Assembly: GCF_001194135.2 (NCBI RefSeq) | Contig: NC_069000.1 | Coordinates: 7,062,351-7,126,350 of the forward strand | Direction: 5' to 3' | Origin: Octopus bimaculoides | Lineage: Eukaryota | DNA length: 64,000 nucleotides | Part shown: positions 1 through 11,705 of the stretch, piece by piece | How positions within the stretch are numbered: position 1 is the first letter of the stretch | How the letters are laid out: each line of letters opens with the position of its first letter | Notes under the pieces: model-generated | Seen by the model: the letters and a program-made list of their open reading frames with translations, nothing else | The model's database searches: none | Told to the model about the DNA's origin: nothing | Program-made: the position numbers and the translations under genes

Positions 1-231
1 ACTGTTTCTAGCAGATCAAACGACCATGTTGAGGCTCTTCTATTGTACTGTCATGATAATGTATCATATGCCTCAGTTATACATGTGGCTATTTATATAT
101 GTGTGTAATTAATACCTCATACATTTCAATAACAAGAGGCAGTTTATATGTATATTGATAAGTGATAGCACACAAAACTCTCATCCCTTGAGTCACTTTG
201 TTGCTTCTGCTAAATATTAATAAATATATAG

Positions 232-394
232 GCACAGGAGTGGCTGTGTGGTAAGAAGCTTGCTTCCTATTCATATGGTTCCGGGGTTCAGTCCCACTGC
301 ATGGCACCTTGGGCAAGTGTTTTCTAATATAGCCTCGGGCCGACCAAAGCCTTGTGAGTGGATTTGGTAGACAGAAACTCGAAGAAGCCTGTCG

Positions 395-439
<45 letters not shown>

Positions 440-447
440 ATATATAT

Positions 448-482
<35 letters not shown>

Positions 483-990
483 GATATATNNNNNNNNNNN
501 NNNNNNNNNNNNNNNNNNNNNNNNNNNNNNNNNNNNNNNNNNNNNNNNNNNNNNNNNNNNNNNNNNATATATGTATGTATATGTATGTATGTATATGTAT
601 GTATGTATATGTATGTATGTATATGTATGTATGTATGTATATGTATGTATGTATATGTATATATGTATGTATGTATATATGTATGTATGTATATGTATGT
701 ATGTATATATATATGTGTATATGTATGTATATATATATATATATATGTATGTGTATATATATGTATGCGTATATATATATGTATGTATATATATATATGT
801 GTATATATATATGTATGTATATATATATATGTTGGTGTGTTTATGTCCCTGTAACTTAGGAGTTTGGCAAAAGAGACCAATAGAATAAGTACTTGGATTA
901 CAAAGAATAAGTCCTAGGGTCGATTTGTTCTACTAAATGGTGGTGCTCCAGCATGGCCACAGTCAAATGATTAAAACAAGTAAAAGACAA
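232..990 (+). mobile_element. tRNA-derived SINE family A copy with an expanded internal (TA)/(TG) microsatellite
   Basis: A-box and B-box-like head (ggctgtgtggtaag...ggttcagtccc), conserved body and tail (...ccagcatggccacagtc). Related copies at about 3380-3510(-), 3830-4250, 8336-8730, 9275-9440, 15640-15790, 32215-32360(-), 34540-34640(-), 38490-38850, 40700-40860, 42620-42995(-), 46600-46740, 56340-56450(-), 63290-63660(-). Confidence 0.85.
490..566. other. assembly gap (others: 1720-1763, 42438-42447, 49047-49168, 58467-58677)
   Basis: N runs, mostly flanked by microsatellites. Confidence 0.99.
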
Positions 991-1765
991 TATATATATA
1001 TGTGTGTGTGTGTGTAGGTGTACTTATATATAGGTATAGATATACATAGAGAATTCACATAAATCCTGATGATCCATTGAATCCGTGTGGGCCTGGAAAG
1101 TGGCTGTAAAATGATGAAAATTATATATCATCATCATCATTTAACACCCTCCTTCCATGCTGGCATGGGTTGGACGGTTAGATAGAAGCTGGACTGGTAG
1201 GAGCCTGCTCCATGCTTCTGAGTGTGTTTTGGCATGGTTTCTATGGCTGGATGCTCTTCCTAACACCAACCCCTTTGCAGAGTGGGATGAGTGCTCTTTA
1301 AGTGGCACTTGCATGGGCGAGGTCAATTTCGGCATGATTTTTACAGCTGGTTCCCCTTCCAAATGTCAACCACTTTACAATGTGGACTGGGTGCTTTTTA
1401 AGAGGCACCAGCACTGGCGAGGTCGCCAAGTGACTTTGCAAGACAAGGCGTCTTTGAGAGGGGGAGGAGGCATTAGAGGAGGTGATCTTGTGTCAGATGA
1501 CGATAGATTAGAGTGTGATAGAGAGGCAGAAACAGATGTCTTGCTGTAGAGGAGGTCCTTGGTTGCCCAGAGAAAGGGAGAGAGAGAGAGGAAGAGAAAG
1601 AGAGCAAAAATTAACAAGAATGAGAGCAGAAACATTTATCTAGATAGAGAGAGTGGGAGTTAACGATATCTATCTCCCTATCTATCTCCCTAACTCTCTC
1701 TCTCTCTCTCTCTCTCTCTNNNNNNNNNNNNNNNNNNNNNNNNNNNNNNNNNNNNNNNNNNNNTA

Positions 1766-1796
<31 letters not shown>

Positions 1797-2223
1797 TTAT
1801 ATATATAGTGAACAGCAACCCAATTGTATTCTTTCTTTATAGATAATATAGGATGGGGGACACCCTTACCACTTTGTTTCTTTTGCTGCCTAACACTTTC
1901 ACTCTGTTATTCTCTTTCCACTACCATCCTCTCACAACAATAAATTTGTTTTTGCTGATGTACTTTGACTGCCACTCTTTCAGTTATAGGAGCTCTCTTT
2001 TGAGTTGCAAGTACGAGTGCCACAAGCACACACACACACATTTCATGTTGCTGTAGTCTACTCAGCTGGCAAAGTGAGTAGCACCTGTAATTCAAAGGGG
2101 TAGCCTCGTCACATTCTGTGTGTCACACTGAATCCTGAGAACTACATTAAGGGAACACCTATCTGTGGAGTGCTCAGCCACTTGCACATTAATTTCATGA
2201 GCAGGCTGTTCCATTGATTGGAT

Positions 2224-2704
2224 CAAGGGTCGTCAAAGGGGTCCGAGGGACCCCCTAGGTGTCAGTAAGGAATTACAGGGGGTTTATTATAGCCAAAGGG
2301 TCAAATGGGGTCAGTGTGCAAAAGACCAGCTCACCCAGATGAACTGCTTGAAATACTTAGTCACTCACATTGATGTTACCAATTTCAATAAAAGATATTC
2401 CAGCAATATAATCTGTTTTTCACATTTTCTAACCATGGAAACACTTTCATAAGAATTGAAAGTTTAATACTGTTTACTCGTACACATAGTTTTAAAAGTA
2501 AAAAGTGTGTCATCTTCAACAGAATTTCTTAATTTGTTGTACATGTATATTTTAGCTGACATTTTAATCGCCAACATCAGCACCTGGCACGCATTTAAGA
2601 TAAGGTACAGTAGGGTAGAGTATTAAGATATTTTAAATGAGAAAGATGGTTGATGTGGAAGTGGCTAAAGGCGGTTGATGGTCAAAAAAGTTTGGCGACC
2701 CCTG
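2224..2704. mobile_element. hAT-type MITE nested in a SINE
   Basis: TIRs CAAGGGTCGTCAAAG (2224-2238) and GTTTGGCGACCCCTG (2690-2704) match at 12/15. Flanking 8-mers gattggat and gactgggt match at 6/8 (a decayed TSD). The host SINE resumes after it. Confidence 0.65.
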
Positions 2705-3523
2705 GACTGGGTCAGCTGAAATCCTCATTGTCATAACTCACAGAGTGCCAGTGTGTGTGTGTGATGGTATGTGACCGAGTAGTTGGGGGTGTTGCACTCA
2801 TGATTGCGATTCACAAACTGGCAGTGTGTTGTGCTCTTGAGCAAAACACTTTATTTCATGTTGCTTCAGTCCACTCAACAGCAAGGGATAACTCTGCAAC
2901 AGACTGGCATTCTGTTTAGGGGAAATATTAACCTGCCTGACAAGCCAGTGGGGTGTGAGGGTGGGCATCATTCTAAAGCCAAACATTGCAAGAAAATGCA
3001 TTGTGACAAGCCATGTATAACAACGTCTGATAATTTGGTTGATACAGTGATATATATATATATGTAATATATGTATGTATATGTATAATTAATACCATGT
3101 TTTTCAGTAACAAATCTGCTTTATATTTGTGTATACAATTAATATCTCATGCATTTCAGTAATAGATGTAATTATAAATATATTTGTGTGTGTATATATA
3201 AATGTGCGTTTGTGTGTGTGTGTGTGTACAATCATTTTTCCATATATTTCAGTAATTAATACGTTTATAAAGACATTTATATTTATTTTTAACTTATGAG
3301 AAATACAACGAAACATCTTGTTAAAATAGAAACACACACATACCTGTGCATGCACACACACACACACACACACACATTCATGTAAACAAGATGGGCTTTT
3401 TTCAGTTTCCTTCTATCAAATCCATTCACAGGGCTTTGGTTCGGCTCAGGGATTTAGTCAGAGATACTTGCCCAAGGTGCCATGCGGTTGCACACAGTCA
3501 CACCTGTGGCCATGCCTACACTT

Positions 3524-3581
<58 letters not shown>

Positions 3582-3987
3582 AATATATATAAACAATGGG
3601 TATCCAAAACTGAAAGAAGAGTACATTGGCCGGCTAGGTACACTCACACATTTTTTATTTACACACAAACAAAACAAAAACGTTTTATTCCATAGTTCCC
3701 CAAGAAAAAAGGAAAAGAACTGCAGAACTTTGCGTTTCTGCAAGTCATGTTATCTCAATAAACCGGACATACCACAACAGAAAATACTTTCAAACAGGAC
3801 ATTCCTCCCAGAAAATAGATTGCGTGGGTGTAGGCATGGCTGTGAGGTAAGAAGCTTGCTTCACAAGCACATGGTTCCAGGTTCATCTTATTGCATGGCA
3901 ACCTATAGCATTTGTTTTCAACTATAGCCCTTGGCTGACCCAAGCCTTGTGAGTGGATTTGGTAGATGTGAACTGAAAGGAGCCTGT

Positions 3988-4033
<46 letters not shown>

Positions 4034-4456
4034 AGTGTGTGTGTGTGCGTGTGTGTTTCTCCCCCACCACTGCTTAACAACTGGTGTTGGTGTGTTTGCA
4101 TCCCTGTAACTTTGCAGTTCAGTGAAAGAGAACAATAGAATAAGTACTAGGCTTAAAATAAGTACTGGGGTTAATTCATTCAACTAAAATTCTTTAAGGC
4201 AGTGCCCCAGTATGGCTGCAGTCTAATGACTGAAATAAGTAAAAGATAAAAAAAATAGAGATTGGGATATAAAACTATTTTCCACAGATAAAGGTAATGA
4301 AATTTTGAGTGGATATAACTGATTTCCACATGAAAAGGGGTCAAGTGTGTTATGTCTTTTGGTTATATTAACCAATAATTAATGTATTATTTCTGTTGGT
4401 TATATTAATACATCATTCACATTTATTTTTAATGATTATTCTATTCTATTCTGCAG

Positions 4457-4588
4457 ACCCAAGGTGACTAATACCTCCAAGACTGCACTAAGTGGTAGCA
4501 GTACAGTAACAAACACTCAATTATCAGATTCCGTGTGTCCAGGAAAATCCCGTTCCAAATGTAAATATCGACAGACATCTATTGAAAC
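4457..4588 (+). CDS. FBXO15: FBXO15-like exon (PKVTNTSK...YRQTSIE)
   Basis: ctgcag acceptor, gtaagt donor, 132 nt, phase 2-2, open and in phase with the F-box exon. Low-complexity sequence, so homology is unconfirmed. Confidence 0.65.
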
Positions 4589-7500
4589 GTAAGTCTTGAA
4601 TTATTTCACATATTCAGGTGACCTTAATTTATGGATTTCCTTGATAGTTTGAATGTCAAATTTTGAGTTTTCTGTTTACACACACACACCACTCCTAAAT
4701 GACATCCTTCAGTCTTATCATCGTTCACCATTAACTATCACCACCACCACCACCACCACCACTATTCACCATTCACTATGTTCATTCCCGCCCCTGCCCA
4801 GTATACGTCTGATAACCTCTACCCTATGTTTCTATCTTTCTCTTTCACTCCATCCCACTCGTATTACCTCACTCATTCTTCCTGATTTCTTCTGTTTCTG
4901 TGCTCTCTTTTATTCATGTTCTTGTACATGTTACATTAAGGGTACACTCTGGTACCTCATCGCTGCTATATTTACCTCTCTTTCTGGCACAATACCAGCC
5001 ACCTTCACCTACGTAGATGTAAAATACAAAGTAGCCATGACAACAACAATAAACATGTTCCTGCTCTTCCCATCATAATTCAACCTCTCAACATCTCATA
5101 TGAACCCCTGTCTGTTATCCACCCTCTCAGATGAAGTATCTTTTTAGTCTTATAAGCTACAAGGCAGCTTTTTAGTGCTGGTGACATGAGAATAAAAAGG
5201 CACCCAGTACAATCTTTAAATTGGTTGCAGTTAGGAAGGGCATCCAGCTATAAAAATCATGTTAAAACCGAGACACTTGAGTAAGACATGTTCCTCTAAC
5301 CTGTTAGATCATGTCAAAATGTTCAACCCATACCAGCATGGAAAACAAACACAAAAATGGTATGGTCTCTGTTATGGAAGAAAATTCTTCACTTTTAATT
5401 CTTGTCAACATTAACAGAGAAATGGATAAACCTGAGTGTCCATTAAATTGATTTCCAGGTTTTATTTGTGGTGCTCTGTATTATGGTTTTAGATCTCAGC
5501 AGGGTTGATATTTTTGGGTCTTTTATCATCCCTGAGTTGATGAAGTAAGTAGCTGTCATATACTAGGGACCAATTTAAATGGCCTCCAGTATATGACTGT
5601 AATATTTGCCCTGGTGTCTAAATAAAGAATCAACATGTTTCTTTGTGATTATGAAATATTGTAGGACTTTCGATTGTTGTAAGTCGCATGGCTTTCAGGT
5701 AGATACTTATAAAACAAGACAAGATTCTCATAGACACCACTCACTTTTCAGGTGGATTTCATTCAGCTCTGATTTTTTTTTGATTTTTTCCAGTTTTCCA
5801 GACGAAATTCTATTTAAAATCTTCAAATATTTACCAATCCTTGACCTGTTGACGTGCTCACTTGTTAATAAACATTGGTGTATAATTGCCACTGATAAGT
5901 AAGTCAACTATTCATTAAAATTTTAATTGATTCACACACATGCACATATTTGTTTTTATGTCCATTTTTCCAACCCAGTATTGGTTTGATGAATATATTA
6001 TTGAGGCTTTGTTTTTTTTATACCCAGATACACTTCCTGTCACTAATCCTTACCTGATTTTTCTAATAATGGATTTTTGTCATTCTACTATCTTCAAAAG
6101 TACAATGCTAGTAGAGGACTCCATGACAGGAAATGTCAACTAGTTGTAAAGGTACAGAAATACTGTACAGGTACATGTATTGTAGATGTACCTGTACAGT
6201 GTTACCTGAACAGTAGCAGGGTAAAGGTATGTCTATACTATACAGGTACATCTACACTATACAGGTATGTTTGCAGTAATGCTGTACAGGTGCGCTTGCA
6301 GGCAACACTGTACAGGTATGTTTACACCATTCTGGTTCACCTGTAGTAACAATGTACAGGTATGTCAATAGTAATACTATGGATCTATGCTGTGCAAGTA
6401 CCTCGGCAGTGACACCCCTGTAGAGGTACAGCTACACTGTACAGGTATGTCTACTCTATACATGTACACCTGTAGTAACTACAGAATGATCAAAGGTGTT
6501 CCAGCCATGCCAGTCCAGTTGGACTGCATTTTCTTACAATGAGGCTGGGAGAAAATACATTAGGAAAGTGTTCAGCCTACAAAAAAAAATGACACAGTAG
6601 GGTCACACATATGAAGTAGAGCAGGAGTTCTTAACCATTTTTTTGTAGCCCTCTCCTTTTAAGTAACAGATATACCTAGCGCCCACCTCAGTGGCGAGTG
6701 AGGTCTCGTGACTAAACTAACTTAACATGAATGATATTTTTTTGATTTTACTCTCAAAATGGATTGTGTAAGCTTTTAACAGTGAAATGATTAAAAAAAT
6801 TAATAAAGACAAAAGTTGTAAATTTACTTTATACATTGCAAGTTAGTGACTTCCCTGTGTCTGGTGAGATCTCATTTTATTCTATTAACCATTATCATGT
6901 ATAATATAATTACTACAATAGGTAAAAAATTAGTATGTTAATTATGTTACCTCACTGTTTCCTGTAATAGAGTGAGTTGAAAAATTGGGATTAACTGAGA
7001 TTATCTTTGGGATTAGTAGACAAAAACTCTCTGTCTGGGGTGTATAGACCAGGAAGGCAACTTCAATAATATCAGTCAACCAACAATTTTTGGACTATAA
7101 GACAATCTAGATAAACTTTTTTAAACTGTTATTTGTAAGTATCTTCCATTATTTTTTTTTTAATACTTTACAAGGAAGTGTTGCTTTATGTTTAGGATTA
7201 GTAGTTTCTTTTATGTCAATAATGAGATATAAAATAATTGTGTTATACATGTATTAGAAATGACTATATAATTAACTCTATACTTGTGCCTGAATATATT
7301 CAACGTGAGACAAAAGGTTAATTTGGCAATGACCCAGGAATCAGGAACTCTGCATCTAAGAAACATTCTACTAGAAAAGAGTTGGCAGAAACTCAATGTT
7401 ATGTAACCAATACAAACTGGGCATACAAATAATTCAGTGTGATTTCTAGTAAACTAATAGCAAATTATATTTTCAGATAATCTGCACTGAAACAATTATC

Positions 7501-7849
7501 AACCACAGGCAGCCTTGGGCTGATGGTTGTGAACTTCTCAGATGACTTGTTAACAGTTATTTAGGTTACATAATTAGCACTGTTTAATGAAACTGTGACT
7601 TTCTTCTTTTGGAAACAAAAGGTTTCTTTTTCTTGACAAAAAGTGGGCTCTATAATACCAGTTTCAGATGTGACATGGGTTACAAATAGAGAAGCTGCGA
7701 AGCAAAGAGGAAAACAATCAAGATGAGTGTAATCGAGAGGATGAGAAATATAACTTTCTGATATATATATATAATATACATATGTGTATGTAATGTCCTT
7801 GGTCATTGTCAACAAAGATGGATGAACATTATCATATATATATATATAT

Positions 7850-7890
<41 letters not shown>

Positions 7891-10800
7891 ATACATACAC
7901 ATGAGTGGACAAATGAAAGTGACATTCAACACATTTGGCAGGAGTTGGATATATTTTTAAATAACTATTTAACTCAGCTGCATATGACTTGGAGTTTTGT
8001 GAGTGCATAGGACGAACCCATCTCGTCAGATAATAGGGGAGGAGTAATGGATTTGAGAGCCCCCCTCCATATATATATATATCGGAGTATTGGCGCTAAG
8101 CAGTGTTTACGTATAATCACAATTTAGGTTAGTTGAACTATGTTTGTCACATATTTCAACCATTAAGGGCAAATATAGTGCAGTTACCGTGGAGAAAAAA
8201 ATCTCAGAGATTTTTTTTCTCCATGGTAACTGCACTATATTTGCCCTTAACGGTTGAAATATGTGACAAACATAGTTCAACTAACCTAAATTGTGAATAT
8301 ATATATATGTATTTATTTATATGTATATGTATATCAGGCATGGCTCTGTCATAAGAAGTTTGCTTCCCAATCACATTGTTTCAGGGTTCAGTCCCGCTGC
8401 ATGGCATCTTGGGCAAGTGTCTCCTACTATAACCTTGGGTTGACTAAAACCTTGTGAGTGGATTTGGCAGATGGAAATTGAATAAAACCTGTCATATATA
8501 TATATATGTGTGTGTGTGTGTGTTCTTGTCAGTATATGTACCTCACTATGGCTTGACAAACATTGTTGGTGTGTTTACACCCTCATAACTTAGCAGTTCA
8601 GCAAAAGAGATTGATAGAACAACTACCAGACTTCAATCAAGTACCGGTGTTCATTCATTTGACTAAAAGTCTTTCAAAGTAGTGCCCCAGCATGGCTGCA
8701 GTTTAATTACTGAAACAAGTAAAAGGTAAAAGATTAAAAAATCTATACACAACAGGCTTCTTTTTATATTTTACCAATTCTGCTCAATCATATTTTCTTT
8801 AATTTATAAAATGTGCAGAAAATATCTGGAATGTCATCATATTTTATTCTCAGGTAATTAACAATAAATATTTAAACAAATTTACCTTCTTTTTTTTTTT
8901 TTATTTATTTCATACATAAGACTTTCAGAAACTAATGATATTTCTTTGTTTTCATTAATTAGCTTGCTTTGGCAAGATATTTACCATAAATATGTTGGAC
9001 TGTTGGATAAAAAGGAAACTCAAGCATGCCAAGAACAAGGTTACTGGAAAAAACTATGCATTAGCAAGTGAGTGGAACATTATTGATTGCATCTATTATT
9101 TCCATCCATTGTCGTTTGTGTTGCTCGTTAGTCCACCACATCCCCTTCCTTTAGGTTAAGCTCTGATGAAGTCGACCGACGCTCAAAGCAAACCCATTAA
9201 TGGTCCAGACATATGGAAACACTGACCTCAGTGTCTAACTAAACAATTTCAAATCAAACTAGATAAACATACAGGTGCAGGCATGGCTGTGTGGTTAAGA
9301 AGCTTGCTTTGCAACCATGTAGTTTTGGGTTCAATCCCACTGTGCAGCACTGTGGGCAAGTGTCTTCTGCTAGAGACTCCACCGGCCAACAGATATCCTG
9401 TGTGTGGATTTGGTTGATGGAACTGAAAGAAGAGCTCTGGTATATATAACATATATAAACAATACTTAGAGAAATGGTTTGTAGACACTCTAAAGCACTC
9501 CATTTCGTTAAGTGCTCGTCTTTAATTATTCATTATATAAAGCTGTTATTGTTATATATTCTCTGAGTTGGTTTTACTTGTTAAGATGAATATTACGTTA
9601 CTTGTTTACCTGTATCATTGAAAATTTACGAGTTTTAGTAATTAGAGAAAATGGTTTTCCATGGGGGAATGTAGTTTCTTTTTACTACAATGTTTACTGA
9701 ATGTCTGTCTGTTTATCTATCTACCTACCTATCTACCTATCTACCTACCTGCCAATTAATCGATAGATGTATGCAGATACTTCATTACATGGGTTACTTT
9801 GAAAAGGTAAAAATAACAAAGGAATTAGAGGGGGGTAAAAAAACATGCTTAATGTACCTAAGCTTCCTTCCTCACCATTTAATCTTGGGTTCAGCTTCCC
9901 TGCATTGCATCTTGGGCAAGTGTCTTCTACTACAATCTTCAAAAGAACCATAGAATTTCCATGAGTGCTTCTTGTAGGAAATTATTTGATTTGCTTGCAA
10001 TGTTGAGTTGAAATTGTTTTAAGGAATTTGGAGAAGATTCTGCATACCTTCATAGAATAATGTAGGTGTGTGGCCTAGTGGTTAGCATGTATCACTCATG
10101 ATTGCAAGATCGTGGTTTCCATTCTCAGACCAGGCGGAGCATAGTGTTCTCGAACAAAATACTTCATTTTGCATTGCTCAAGTTCACTCAGCTGAAAATG
10201 AATGACCCTGTGATGGGCTGGTGCCTGTTCAAGGGGTAATGTTGTGATCTCAATCACTTACACAGCATGGAATCTGGGTAAAAAACCCTATGAGTTCTTG
10301 GACTCAAGGCTGTAATTTACTTTTTTACAATAAAGTCTCAGTAACAAGGCTACCAAGTTTGGGGGATGGGGTAAGTTAATTACATCAACCCCAGTGCTCA
10401 ACTGGTATTGATTTTATTGACTCTGAAAGGATGAAAGACATGGTCAACTTTGGCAGAATTTGAACTCAGATCATAAAGACAGACAAAATGCCGCTAAGCA
10501 TTTCGCCTGGCATGCTAACGATTCTGCCTGCTTGCTGCCTTAATGATTATAATAATCCCAGCCCTGCAAATGTTCAAATTTACAAATTTTTCACATATAA
10601 AAATGGAGAGATGAACCAAATTAATTTCTGTTTTTTTTTCTTTTATTGTCAGAACTGTAGATCTTCGAAATCACAAAGTCCTCTCTCTCTTAAGGAAAGT
10701 TCATTTATATACAGGCTTGGTCAAAAATACAGAAGCTGCCATTAGGTAAGTTCATATTGTGGTTGTGGTTATTGTTCTGATGTTGTTTTTTAAGGAGTTT

Positions 10801-11634
10801 GTATTGACTATCATTATTATAATTCAGTAGTTTTATTGCATGCTTTCACTGTTTCAATTGTGACCATCTCATCTTTATTCATAGTGCATCTAGGACTACA
10901 TTATCCAATGTGGTCCTAACTTTTCAAGATAGGACATATTTTAGACCACGTTCTTCAACAAATTAGTCATGTTTTTCTTTAATGTTCATAACATATATTA
11001 TGTTAATATATCATTGTATATTATTGTCTTGTGTTCATTACATATATTATGCTAATAAGTTTCTTCTGTTTGTTCTTTAGAAAAGCAGGAATTACTTGGA
11101 GACTATGTCTTGGTAGTGCTGAGTCAAATTCTGGTAAATGGAAGCACTGTGTTAAAAGTCAATACTGCCATGAATTACATTGTCAAGATATGTTCTTCCA
11201 CTCCATGTCTGTGGTAGTCTGCTTCTCTGGTTACAACGCACCACCTCTCAACTCCATTAATACAGTCCATGTGTTCTCCATTAACCCAATTTTCTTTCAC
11301 AAAGATGGCCGACCTGTGTTAGATGGGTGAGTATTTTGAAATTAATTGTTGTTGTTTAGTGGCTGGTCAGTTTTGATTTATTTGACTCTAAAATTGTTTA
11401 TTCAGACTAAATGTATCTGGTATCATATTATCTAATATGTGTTTCCTTGTTTCTGTTTAAAACCAAGTCTATTCTGACCCAGAACACCTTTGATCAAAAA
11501 ATGTTTCTGCTGTGATTATCCTGTCTTATATTTAGACTGAATTATCTAATTTGTCATTCTTTGATGTTTTTGTTGTTTAAGCCCAGCTCAGCTCTGATCA
11601 AAGGCGTTCCAGCCATAACCATCCCATTTCTTTG

Positions 11635-11705
<71 letters not shown>

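Noticed and set aside
232-320. tRNA-like heads (A/B boxes) here and at many other sites
   Set aside because: They continue into SINE bodies and lack a complete cloverleaf, so they are not tRNA genes
89-888. Long YIYI/HTHT/CVCV ORFs here and at about 3100-3750, 48860-49320, 50830-51480, 56390-56610 and 58080-59130
   Set aside because: Translations of stop-free microsatellites and N gaps; no coding signal
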